A stretch of DNA of 64,000 nt from an uncultured cyanobacterium. GTDB lineage: Bacteria; Cyanobacteriota; Cyanobacteriia; CAKZMO01. Shown one piece after another: positions 28,919-38,403 of the stretch. The translations under genes were made by a program, and so were the position numbers. A model generated the notes under the pieces. It worked only from the letters and a program-made list of their open reading frames with translations. It did no database searches and was not told the origin of the DNA. The stretch's first letter is position 1. Each line of letters begins with the position of its first letter. The stretch covers positions 1-64,000 of the forward strand of contig CAVRCJ010000014.1 of NCBI GenBank assembly GCA_963719515.1, written 5' to 3'.

Positions 28919-31471
28919 TTAGCGACGATTCAGACAGTAGTCCGTTGTCTTGAGGCTGAAGGGGAACGCCGTCCCAAACCACTCGGCGAAGACGGTGTCC
29001 TCATCGTCTGATACCAAAAAGCGATCCACCATGGCCTTCCAGCTCGCGTCATTGTTGGGCAAAATCAGCCCATAAAATTCGCAGGAGAGCGGCAGCTCCG
29101 GCACCAGCGAAAACGCGTTGACGTCTCGACCGTCCTGCAGCAGTTCTGCGTAAGCCAAAACATCCTCGTCAACAAAAGCATCGATTTGTCCTGAGGCGAT
29201 CGCCTGTAGCGCCGCTTGCCTGCCGTCCGGTTCTGCAAACGGAACAATAGTCGCTCCAGGATACGACTCCTGCACGAGAGTCTCTGCCGTTGTGCTGGGC
29301 AGCACGCCGAGCCTGACGTCGTTTAAAGGAAGGTTGGGATTGATGGCGCTGGCGCGATCGCGCGAGACGAGAAATCGATTGCTGGCCGTGAGGATAGATT
29401 GAGAAAAGGTGACGCCTTCAAGACCGGTGCGAATGACGTTTGGGCCGCATTCTAGATGAACGCTGCCGTCTCTCACCAGGTCAAAGCGATTTTGCAGGGT
29501 TGAAGCCAGCTCCACTAGCTCCACCGCCACAGGGCTCTCAAGCGTTTTTGTCAGGTAGTCACTCAGGGCGATCGCCATCGCGCCGCAGTAGCCGTCCCAC
29601 TCGTCGGCCTGGTTGAGATAGCCAAAGGGGGGAGCGTCTTTGCGAAATCCGACTTTTAAGACCCCGGTGCGCTGAATTTCAGCTAAGACGCTTTCGTTGC
29701 GGGGAGCAGGGCGGGGGGCGATCACCTCGGGGTTGATGGGAATGGGGGGCTTGCGGCCATAGACCTCTTCTATGTGCTCGGCAGTCAAAGACTGGATAAT
29801 TTCGAGCTTGAGGGGCTGGTTGGCGCTCAAGGCGCGGCTATAGGCTGCCGTTAGGTAGGGAGAGCCGGTACCGCCTGCGGGGCCGTCTGTCTCTGAATCG
29901 CCGCCGAGGTAGGTTTGGAAAAATGCCGCCACCATCGTTTTAGCGTAGCTTGTCCCGATGTCGCGGTGCTCGCCAGTCAGTAGACTGAAGATGCCGTCTG
30001 CTTGGACACGGCCTGGCTTGGAGGTGAAGTGGGTGCCCACCTGCAGCAGTGCTAAATACTTAGGATTGGGTTGCGTCCAAAGAAAGGGATGGATCTGCTC
30101 GGTGACCACAGGAGCCACGATGTCGGCGCTTCCCGAAATCATCAGCAGCGGAATATCAATTTGGCCCATGCCCTCTGGTCCATACAGATAGCCTCCCATG
30201 GGGTGCATTGCCACGACGGCCTTGACGCGCTCGTCCCCCAGCTGATAGTTTTTAGGCGGCAAAAACCGGGCGCGGCACTCTAGGTAAAGGGTGAAGTTGA
30301 GAATAACGTTGTCGCGATCGCAGGCTGCGGCGAGCTGCCCGTAGTTAAGTTCTGCGCCCGCTACGGCCAAGGCTGTGGCGCCCCCCAGAGAATCTCCCAT
30401 AATGCCAATGCGCTCTAAGTCCAGGCGGGCTGACCACTCTGGGCGGCTGCTCGTCAGCTGCTCTAATTCATCTATCAAAACGGAGATTTCCTGGGGACGA
30501 TTGAGAAACTCCATAGGGCTGAGGAGCGTGTTGAGTCGACCCTGTAAAAAGGCTTGGCGGTAGCTCAAGTCGCTGCCCACGTGATCTGTCAGCAGCGTCA
30601 CAATCCCGTGGGAGGCGAGGTGTTCCGCCATGAAAATAAAGCTCTCTTTCACATCCCCAAAGCCGTGAGAGATGATGACGACGGGGGCAGGCTCGCCTAG
30701 AGCCTGGGGATAGTAGATATCTACAGGAAAATCGTAGTTGACGGCGAATCCAGCTACGGTTTGACGGACGCTCCTGGCTTCAACAGTCAGCGTCGTCTGA
30801 CCAACGGCATAGCGCCCTGGTTGGCTGAGGTCGGCAAGGCGGCTGGGCACGACGTCAGTTTGGGTCGCGGCCTCGACATCTGCCTGCTGGTGAACGGCCT
30901 CCACAACGGCCTGGTTGTAGTCGAAATAGACCCTGAGACCCTGGCGCAGCGCCAGCACATCTCGAAGGTTGACGTTGATGCTCTGGGAGGGAAACTGGCG
31001 CAGGGCATCCAGCATTGTCCAGCCCTCTGGCCCAGCCTGCGCTGCCGCCCCGATGACGGCGGCCCGCAGGCCGTAAAATCCATCCACCTCTGGATGGACG
31101 CGAATCACCTTGCCCACGTTGGAGATGACGTCCCGTCCCAATGGGGAATAGGCTAGGTTGCTCACCGTCACTAAGTCTAGGCGGATGGGCTGAAGTAGCC
31201 TTTGACGGATGCTCTCTTGAGCCGAAACGTTAACGAAGCCGGCGATTAGCGCTAGATCGCCCGTGGTCTCTCCGGTCTCCGCAAACTGCCCTAGGGCATC
31301 GACGGAGACCGAGAGCGTTAGCGGCCCGCCGACCACAATTCGGATTTCTTCTGCCCCTGTCGCAGCTTTGGGGCGCACCACTTCCCCTAAAGTGCCGACG
31401 GTGAGCAGGCAGGCGATCGCCAGGCAACCCCTCCGCAGGCGGGGTAGTAGGCGGGGCAACAAATGGACCAT
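28919..31471 (-). CDS. DUF1400 + alpha/beta hydrolase fused to a C-terminal amino-acid-binding (SBP family 3) domain
   Basis: IISHGFG, DHVGSD, GDSLGG nucleophile elbow, GTHF. Then LAEIQRTGVLKVGFRKDAPPFGY...RFDLVRDGSVHLECG...EFYGLILP. Confidence 0.85.
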   Translation of the reverse strand: MVHLLPRLLPRLRRGCLAIACLLTVGTLGEVVRPKAATGAEEIRIVVGGPLTLSVSVDALGQFAETGETTGDLALIAGFVNVSAQESIRQRLLQPIRLDLVTVSNLAYSPLGRDVISNVGKVIRVHPEVDGFYGLRAAVIGAAAQAGPEGWTMLDALRQFPSQSINVNLRDVLALRQGLRVYFDYNQAVVEAVHQQADVEAATQTDVVPSRLADLSQPGRYAVGQTTLTVEARSVRQTVAGFAVNYDFPVDIYYPQALGEPAPVVIISHGFGDVKESFIFMAEHLASHGIVTLLTDHVGSDLSYRQAFLQGRLNTLLSPMEFLNRPQEISVLIDELEQLTSSRPEWSARLDLERIGIMGDSLGGATALAVAGAELNYGQLAAACDRDNVILNFTLYLECRARFLPPKNYQLGDERVKAVVAMHPMGGYLYGPEGMGQIDIPLLMISGSADIVAPVVTEQIHPFLWTQPNPKYLALLQVGTHFTSKPGRVQADGIFSLLTGEHRDIGTSYAKTMVAAFFQTYLGGDSETDGPAGGTGSPYLTAAYSRALSANQPLKLEIIQSLTAEHIEEVYGRKPPIPINPEVIAPRPAPRNESVLAEIQRTGVLKVGFRKDAPPFGYLNQADEWDGYCGAMAIALSDYLTKTLESPVAVELVELASTLQNRFDLVRDGSVHLECGPNVIRTGLEGVTFSQSILTASNRFLVSRDRASAINPNLPLNDVRLGVLPSTTAETLVQESYPGATIVPFAEPDGRQAALQAIASGQIDAFVDEDVLAYAELLQDGRDVNAFSLVPELPLSCEFYGLILPNNDASWKAMVDRFLVSDDEDTVFAEWFGTAFPFSLKTTDYCLNRR

Positions 31472-31540
31472 AGCAACACCCTCATAAATCCGCGTGACTT
31501 TTTAGCTAATTCGTGAAAGCCCGCGCTGTAACCGCAGAGT

Positions 31541-31888
31541 CAAGAGCGTAAACATTGGATAAGCTCTAGGACGTGCTCGATTGATGCCTGCTCGCTTCAC
31601 TCTGAGTCTATTATCCCAGCCGATGCACCTTCCCCTGACTACTACAGTCAACGATCGCTGAGCGCCGCCAAGAAGCAGTTTCCGCAGGACGTACAGTCGC
31701 AGGTACTTCAAGACGTCATAGGCAGAATAGAATCGGCGTTTGCCGCCAGGAAGACGCGAGGCTATGGTTTCCCGCGCTTCAAGAAGTTCGGGCGATGCCG
31801 CTCGTTTTTGCTTCCGCAGTTCAAGGACAACCCCGTAACAGGCGAGCAAATTAAGCTGCCAAAGCTGGGAGAAATGCGCATCGTGCTG
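31541..31888 (+). pseudogene. tnpB: Internal fragment of IS200/IS605 TnpB
   Basis: One frame reads ERKHWISSRTCSIDACSLHSESIIPADAPSPDYYSQ...VQSQVLQDVIGRIESAF...GYGFPRFKKFGRCRSFLLPQF...IKLPKLG. No start codon and no RuvC half. Confidence 0.85.
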
Positions 31889-31975
31889 CTAGGGCCTCGT
31901 CAGTGTCTCTCATCATCGGCGCTTAGGCGAGTTCTTAGGGTGAGTCAAGCGCGCCGAGCAGAGGGCGTGCCGCGC

Positions 31976-34645
31976 CTACTGCAATCGAAGATCCTGCAGA
32001 ATTTCCCATTCCTTGACCATCGCGTTTGGCCAGAGCCAGTTCTGCCCTAGATTTTCAGGCTGAAATTGGATTGGATCTCCCTGCAGCACCACCTGCTGAA
32101 TTTGCACGGCCTTGCTCAACAAATCGGCGGGCTGATCTGGGGTGGGCTCCGCTGCCATTTGGGCCAGCACCAGGGCAATGCCTGAGTAGGCGGTCAGGGC
32201 GTCCTGATTTGTGATTTGGTCCGGTACGCCCACTGTGGTGAGCGCGCTGCCGGTGGACAGGGCCTCATCGGGATAAACGGCAACTCCCTGATCCTCCAGC
32301 AGCGCCAGCGTCTCGAACCAGGTATCCATGGCGGCTTCCGTCCGGCCCTCGGTGTAGAGAGCAAACCCCAAAGCGTTGTAGTACAGCGGCTGGGGAGACT
32401 GCTGTACCGCAAAGTCCCAATATCGGCGCGCATCGCGGACATTCACTTCGCGATCGCCGCGCTTGATACCTTCCCACTCAAGTCGCCCCTGTAAAAAACT
32501 GATGCGAGCATCGGCAATTTGCTCATCAGGGATAGCCTGGAGCACCTCCTCCGCTTCCTCTAGGGTGCCTCGATTGAGAAGCTCTGTCAGCGCCACCTCC
32601 CCCGACTCGATATCCCCATCGCGGAAGAACTGGCTCGCCAGCGCGACCACATCCGCTGTGCTAGCGTCGCTGAGGTTGCCTAGGGGGACAGTTGTGTCAA
32701 CCTCAACCGCCCCGCCATCTGTGCGGTCAAGCTGCTGGGAGAGCCTGATCCCACCTAGACCTAGACCTAGACCTAGAGGCAGCAGCAGCAGCAGCCAAAC
32801 GGCTCGCCCAGGTATCAGACGGGACCAGGGAGAATCGGCCAAAACCGCTGTGTTGGGGCCATAAGCCTGACGCTGAGGCCTGTTCATCTGGGACTGTTGA
32901 GATTGAGGGGCAGCAGGGCTATCTCTTTGCGGTTGGGGCAGCTCTGCCGAGGTTGCGGCTCTAGAGGCTGCAATCCCTGGCGCTGTAGTCCCTGACGCCA
33001 TGGCCCCGGACGCGATCGCCCCGGAACTAGAGTCCGCAGGTCTGGTCGCCACCGACTCACCAACGCCTGTAGGCGTTGTGGAAATTTCGGAACGTCCCGG
33101 CTGCGGCTGGAGCAGGGCTGTTGCGTCAGGCTGCTGCGATTCACTCTGGGTGACGGTGGCCTGGTCGCCATCAAATTCGATGAACGGCTCGACAGCCGCC
33201 ATGTCATCTTCTAGGTCCAGCGCGGCCAAATCGTCTAGCTCATCTTCCGACAGGTAAACTGGGTCGACAGCGATGGCTTCCTCTAGACCCTCTTCGTCTA
33301 AACCGCCTGCGTCAGTAGCGTCAGTAGCGAACTCTGCATCGCTGGCATCAGCGTCAATATCAGAAGCTGTGGGCAGCGAGATGGCGTGGAAATGGGGGAC
33401 GCGGGCGAGTGAATCTGCGGGGTTATTCAATCGGCGATCGCTGACGGTGAGGTAGCCGTTGAAGTCGGGGTGGAGGTATAGGGTTGGCAGCGCCCAGTAG
33501 AGCTGAGCTGAACCGTAGGCCGCTACTAGGCCCTGTCTGGCGCGGCTGAGGCTCAAATCGATGGGGTAGCCCTGCTTGAGGTTGCGGTACAGCAGCCGGG
33601 TAAGGGTGAGCGCCACATCGTCGGGAATTTGCTCCGCCATTGCGATTACGGAGGGGACGCCCCGGTTGACCAACGCTTCGGTTAAAGAGCGGCTGGAATC
33701 AGCGCTTTGAGCGGCGGTATAGCCCCCCCGACAGGAATTAAAGACGGCGACGCGAACGCCGTTGTTGACCAGCAGGCCCGCCAGGTCATTGCCGCTGAGG
33801 GACTCTGTCAACCCGGTGCGAGAGTTTACCAGGTACAGCTGTCCGCCAGCGGAGGCCAAATCGCTGTGTCCGGCGTAGTGAAGAATCTGGTAGTGGCCCT
33901 GCTCTAGCGCCTGGGCCAGCTCTTTGCGCCCGGGCTGCTCTAGGATGGTCACCTGGATGTTGGGCAGCCCTTCCACAGGGCCGTTACTCAACGTGGCGGA
34001 CCGCATCCCCAGCTCCTGCTGGAGCTGATGGGCCTCTTGCTTGAGGGTCAGCTGCTCTTGATCGTTGGGGGCAGCAATCACCATCAGCATGCGAATTTGC
34101 CCTGAAGGATGCTGAGAAAAATTGGATTGGGCGATCGCGACGCTAGGCTGGTAGCGAGAGAACAGGACGTTGGTGCCCGTCGCTAAGGGGCGGGCCGCCA
34201 AACCCGCTTGGCTACTGCTGTGCATCACCTCCCAGGGCAGACGGGGTAGGGTGGGGCCTTTGAGTCCCAGCCGCAGCCGCAGCACCTCGCCTCGATGCTG
34301 GGCGATGCCCTGAGAGGTCATCCAGCTGTCTCGCAAAATGCCCTGAAACAGATGGTTGTACATCTGCTGCCCCAGGTCCATGAGACTCAGCAGCGAGTCC
34401 GCCGCGTCTGACGTTCCTGCCTCTGGGGAAGGCCCCGGGGTAGCGATCGCCGCCGGCAGCCGGTTGTTCTGCAGGAGCCCGGCTAGCGGATCTCCCATCA
34501 GCTGTCGCGCCTGCTGTAGCCAATCTTCAACGGGCCAGATTAGCTGCTGCTCGGCTAGCGGCACGCCAGCGGCGGCCTTCTCTGTTCGAATCAGATACTC
34601 GTCACCTCGAACAGGCGTAATCGAAACATGAAATTCCTGAGTCAC
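31976..34645 (-). CDS. hetF: HetF-like CHAT-domain (caspase-like) protein with TM helix and C-terminal TPR-like region
   Basis: MTQEFHVSITPV...GVPLAE N-terminus as in HetF; LHYAGHS and AVFNSCRG His/Cys dyad; YWALPTLY. Confidence 0.82.
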   Translation of the reverse strand: MTQEFHVSITPVRGDEYLIRTEKAAAGVPLAEQQLIWPVEDWLQQARQLMGDPLAGLLQNNRLPAAIATPGPSPEAGTSDAADSLLSLMDLGQQMYNHLFQGILRDSWMTSQGIAQHRGEVLRLRLGLKGPTLPRLPWEVMHSSSQAGLAARPLATGTNVLFSRYQPSVAIAQSNFSQHPSGQIRMLMVIAAPNDQEQLTLKQEAHQLQQELGMRSATLSNGPVEGLPNIQVTILEQPGRKELAQALEQGHYQILHYAGHSDLASAGGQLYLVNSRTGLTESLSGNDLAGLLVNNGVRVAVFNSCRGGYTAAQSADSSRSLTEALVNRGVPSVIAMAEQIPDDVALTLTRLLYRNLKQGYPIDLSLSRARQGLVAAYGSAQLYWALPTLYLHPDFNGYLTVSDRRLNNPADSLARVPHFHAISLPTASDIDADASDAEFATDATDAGGLDEEGLEEAIAVDPVYLSEDELDDLAALDLEDDMAAVEPFIEFDGDQATVTQSESQQPDATALLQPQPGRSEISTTPTGVGESVATRPADSSSGAIASGAMASGTTAPGIAASRAATSAELPQPQRDSPAAPQSQQSQMNRPQRQAYGPNTAVLADSPWSRLIPGRAVWLLLLLPLGLGLGLGGIRLSQQLDRTDGGAVEVDTTVPLGNLSDASTADVVALASQFFRDGDIESGEVALTELLNRGTLEEAEEVLQAIPDEQIADARISFLQGRLEWEGIKRGDREVNVRDARRYWDFAVQQSPQPLYYNALGFALYTEGRTEAAMDTWFETLALLEDQGVAVYPDEALSTGSALTTVGVPDQITNQDALTAYSGIALVLAQMAAEPTPDQPADLLSKAVQIQQVVLQGDPIQFQPENLGQNWLWPNAMVKEWEILQDLRLQ

Positions 34646-34959
34646 TGCTTCCGCACCCTCCTAATCGCGAGTTTCCCGGTTATGACGTGAGGCATTACCC
34701 TAAACCTCGATTGAGTCAACGCTTCGGTAGCAGCACCCAAACTACACCGCTGATTGATGCGGTGCATCTACTCTATTCTAGCCAGGTTCAACCCCAACCC
34801 GTCACGTCAGTCCGACCTAGCCCTGGGTTTGACCACAAGCTTTGGACATGACGCGACCCTATGGATTAGAGCAAGCGCTGCAGGGAGCCACCGATGACGA
34901 TACCTATGTCTTTCGAGGTGACCAAACCCGCATCAGGACATAATCTCGGTCATTTCTCT

Positions 34960-35144
34960 AAAGCGGCTCGCGGCGGCAAACCGGTTGGAAAAGGTGCCTT
35001 CTACTGGTCTGCTGGGCAAACACCCATAGCGCTCTTGAGAGTCTTGACGCACCGCCGGTGCGGCGAAGGGAAGGGCGGTGCGTCAAGACTGAGTTCCCAA
35101 GCTTGTAACTGCTTACAATCGTGAAGTTTGCGGCAGAACAGTCG
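34960..35144 (-). ncRNA. ssrS: 6S RNA (cyanobacterial SsaA type); ends approximate
   Basis: Minus strand GGGAACTCAGTCTTGACGCACCGCC...GGCGGTGCGTCAAGACTCTC...AAGGCACCTTTTCCAACCGGTTTG forms a long perfect stem with a central bubble. -10-like AATAAT at about 35151-35156. Confidence 0.8.
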
Positions 35145-35223
35145 GCGCGGATTATTGAAGCGATCGCCGGAATTTTCTTGGACCTGGAGACCTGCTCGCA
35201 CTGGGGCAGAAGGCTCAAGTCGT

Positions 35224-35442
35224 CTACTCGCTCAGTAAATCCTTTTGATGGAGCCGCCGGGTCCCCAGTAAAGCCGCGACTAGCGCCAGCTGAATGGGCC
35301 AAGGGGCAGAAACGAGAGTTAGCAGTATGCACGCTAGAGCAATGCCGACGCAGAGAATGGCAAGCTCTTCAGACACAGACTCGAGCCAGGCGTAGGCCCA
35401 GGCTGCACCAATGGCGATTACGAAAGAGGTAACAAACCACAT
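35224..35442 (-). CDS. Small hydrophobic membrane protein
   Basis: 72 aa with ATG start and 2-3 TM segments (LVSAPWPIQLAL). Confidence 0.65.
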   Translation of the reverse strand: MWFVTSFVIAIGAAWAYAWLESVSEELAILCVGIALACILLTLVSAPWPIQLALVAALLGTRRLHQKDLLSE

Positions 35443-35839
35443 AGGTAATACCCAAAATTGACGACGAAAATTAATATTGATTGTTATAAAAGTTAATTGT
35501 TAACACCGTATTAAGTAGCATAAGACACTTTTTGAAAGATGCCTACCCTCGCTCCCTTTAAATGTCAAAAAATCATCAACCTACTTTCCTCTATGAATTG
35601 ACGGCAGTCCCTGAAATGACGTTGGGGAGGGCTAACAGGTGCCTGACGGCTGCTTTTTGCTTAACAAGATTTAACTAAGATTCTTTAAGGTTTTGGTCAT
35701 GCAGCAGGATTTAGCCCTCAGTCAGTAAGGCGCTTGACCGTCGCTCGACCGGCAGCGCTAGTCTGGGCTCAGCTCGTCTTCGTCTTTGCAACAATTCTGC
35801 AACAATGGCTTAAATGCCACTACTACTGTTACAGCTGAC

Positions 35840-36109
35840 ATGCCGAAGTACATTGCCTGGGGACGCTACTGCGACAACGTTCTAGAAAAGCGTGCCCCCT
35901 ATCGCCAGGCCCACCTCGACGGGCTCACGGCCCAGAAAGCCTCGGGCACCCTAATCACCATTGGACCCACAACAGATTTATCTCTGTTTTTTGCAATTTA
36001 CGACGCCGAAAGCGCCGCTGTTGTGACACAGCTCGTCGAGAATGACCCCTATTGGCAAAACGACATTTGGACCGAGTACGAGGTGAAGGAATGGATTCAG
36101 GCCCTGTAG
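35840..36109 (+). CDS. YciI family protein
   Basis: MPKYIAWG.YC..VLEKRAPYRQAHL...IGPT...DPYWQNDIW. Confidence 0.88.
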   Translation: MPKYIAWGRYCDNVLEKRAPYRQAHLDGLTAQKASGTLITIGPTTDLSLFFAIYDAESAAVVTQLVENDPYWQNDIWTEYEVKEWIQAL

Positions 36110-36139
36110 TGGGGAAGCTGGCCCCCGGGGTAAGCCCGT

Positions 36140-36913
36140 CTACAGCGCCACCGGAGCGCAGTAGCGATCGCAAAACGCAATGGCCTCATCGAGCCGGCTG
36201 GTTTGGTTGGGGTACTGAACGGCTGGGCGACGGATGGTAATCAGGGTCACATCTAGAGACTGGGCCACCTGCTGTTTAATCAGCTCTCCGCCAGCCTCCC
36301 CTGAAGCCTTCGCCACAACCAGGGAAATTTGCCAGTTTTGCCAAAGCGCCTTTTCTAGGCTGGCGGAGAGGGGAGGACGCAGCGCGATGAGGCGATCGGG
36401 GGTGAAGCCGGCGGCGAGGGCAGCCTCTAGCGCCACCTGGGACGGTAATATGCGGGCAAACAGGGTGGCCCGCTCCTGCCAAGGCTTAAACAGGGGGAGA
36501 AGGCGATAGCCAACGGTCAATAGGACGCGCTGGTCGACGAGATAGTTGTTTGATAGAAGCGTCTCAACATTATCAACTTCTAGGGTAGAGGCCGCCTTGA
36601 GAGGTGGACGCTCGTATCGCATATAGGGGAGGTTATGCTGCTGGGCAACGGCGATCGCCAGCTTGGAAATCTCGACGGCGTAGGGGTGTGAGGCGTCCAA
36701 GATAGCCCCCACCTGCTCCTGCTGAACAAAGCGAGACGCTTGGGCCTGATCGAGCGCCCCCACGCGAATGTGAACGGAGGGCAGCGTTGGGTAGAGGGCA
36801 CGGGCGGCTTCTGTCGTCACGCTGACCACAGAAGGAATTTGCTGCCCTGCCACCATGCGAACGAGCTGGGCACTCTCCTGGGTACCGCCAATGAGCCAAA
36901 TGCGCGCTGTCAT
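36140..36913 (-). CDS. cobK: Precorrin-6A / cobalt-precorrin-6A reductase
   Basis: IWLIGGTQES, ILDASHPYA, RYERP, VVAKASG..GG...K. Confidence 0.92.
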   Translation of the reverse strand: MTARIWLIGGTQESAQLVRMVAGQQIPSVVSVTTEAARALYPTLPSVHIRVGALDQAQASRFVQQEQVGAILDASHPYAVEISKLAIAVAQQHNLPYMRYERPPLKAASTLEVDNVETLLSNNYLVDQRVLLTVGYRLLPLFKPWQERATLFARILPSQVALEAALAAGFTPDRLIALRPPLSASLEKALWQNWQISLVVAKASGEAGGELIKQQVAQSLDVTLITIRRPAVQYPNQTSRLDEAIAFCDRYCAPVAL

Positions 36914-37104
36914 ACGTTAAGTCCTAAGTCTTAATGTTGGTTACGTCATCGGTAGACACCCCGGTCTAAACCCAAGATTGAGCGTTGCTCTCCCAACACC
37001 GCGTTGCCCACGCTGGACAACATTACGAGAGGGATATTGGACTTAGACCTCGCGAAAATGCACAGCTCGTTTGCCTTAAATATCGTCAAATATACAGAAT
37101 CGTC

Positions 37105-37845
37105 CTACTTCACCCCAACCTTGTACAGGTTGAAGATTTCTCCGGAGCGCTGACCCATCACCTTCATGCCGCTCTGTTGAATTAGCTTTTCCCAGGCAGC
37201 AGCTGGCTCTAACAGCACCTCGGCCCCCAAGTAGGTTTCTAAGATAGCCCAGTTCTCAGCCAGCTCTTTTTCTGCGTCAACCACGTCAAACACAAACAGC
37301 CCCCCCGGTTTGAGCACCCGCTTCACCGCTGCCAACACCGTTCCCCAATATTCCAGGGGGTAGTAGCAGCTCACACCGGTGGCGATCGCCAGGTCAAACT
37401 GCTCGGGATCATACTCCAGCCGGTGGGCCGGGGCCTGGACCACCCCCTTAAAGAGCTTGGAATTGAGCTGGGGGCTGCGGGTGTTGAGGATTTGCTGGGC
37501 AACGGCGCTGACCTCCTGACCGTAGAAGAATGCGTTCCATTCGCACCAAGGGTAAATCAAAAAGCTGACGCCGCAGCCAATATCTAAGCACCGCTGATTC
37601 TTTTTTGGCTTAGCCAGCTCCCAAAAGGGGGCGGCCAGCCGGGGGGCCAGTCGCCCCGAGGACCAGTCGTGAAAGATAGGCATCGCTTCCACCTCTTCGG
37701 GCAGGTCGAAGGCATCGCCCCGGTAAGCCTGGTCATAGCGGCGGGCCACCGCAGTGATGGCAGAGGCCACCTCTTGCGCCGTTCGCCCGACTTGACCTAC
37801 GCCGGTATTCATCCAGTCCGACGATTGTGCTGAGTTGTCTGCCAT
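37105..37845 (-). CDS. Class I SAM-dependent methyltransferase
   Basis: CLDIGCGVS, FDLAIA, RVLKPGGLFVFD. Confidence 0.88.
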   Translation of the reverse strand: MADNSAQSSDWMNTGVGQVGRTAQEVASAITAVARRYDQAYRGDAFDLPEEVEAMPIFHDWSSGRLAPRLAAPFWELAKPKKNQRCLDIGCGVSFLIYPWCEWNAFFYGQEVSAVAQQILNTRSPQLNSKLFKGVVQAPAHRLEYDPEQFDLAIATGVSCYYPLEYWGTVLAAVKRVLKPGGLFVFDVVDAEKELAENWAILETYLGAEVLLEPAAAWEKLIQQSGMKVMGQRSGEIFNLYKVGVK

Positions 37846-38045
37846 CAGCCTTTCAGGGCTCGGTTAAAGTTGCTTCGATAGGACTTATTTACAAGCAGAA
37901 CGGGCCACAACAGGGACAAGTAGAGTTTTCCTTGGCTAAAGTTGGTGCGGCGAAACCCTGTCCAGAACTTCCAGATGCCACCCCCATAGACAACCAGGGC
38001 AAGTAGACCAATTAAATTAAGCATATTGCTGTCTTTTTTCTCCAC
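37845..38045 (-). CDS. Small conserved membrane protein
   Basis: VYGGGIWKFWTGFRRTNFS...LSLLWP...YRSNFNRALKG. Stop overlaps the methyltransferase ATG. Confidence 0.7.
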   Translation of the reverse strand: MEKKDSNMLNLIGLLALVVYGGGIWKFWTGFRRTNFSQGKLYLSLLWPVLLVNKSYRSNFNRALKG

Positions 38046-38403
38046 AGTTTGGGCTTACCCTCATTATGCCGTCAATCCGTTGCCAGCCGCCGCTGCGACC
38101 AGCGCTGGCCTACCGAGGAAACTTGCCGCAGGAACTCGCTTGGAGGCCATGAAACTACATAAGACGATTCCTTGGTCTGATAGGCTAGGTCTTGTTGAAA
38201 GCGTGATTGACCTCTTCTCAACCCTCTACCAAGCTGGCTAGCTCAAGTTAGCAATTGGAACAATGGTGGTTTCTAATACCGAGGAGGTCTCTAACGTTCG
38301 ATAGAGTACTAACGTCTTACGAACTCAGATAATCTCTATGGGAATTAGCCTTTAGAGATAGGGCGTTGCAGACACGGCGACTGTTAGTCGCTAAGGAGGA
38401 TCT

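Noticed and set aside
32754..32795. (CCTAGA)4 and (GCA)n repeats in hetF
   Set aside because: In-frame microsatellites encoding the LLLLLPLGLGLGLG TM segment; no frame-switching potential.
35040..35091. Long perfect hairpin as a novel element or MITE
   Set aside because: Explained by the terminal stem of the 6S RNA.
35455..35700. AT-rich stretch with possible RpaB/HLR1-like repeats
   Set aside because: Matches are too loose to call; consistent with an ordinary divergent promoter.
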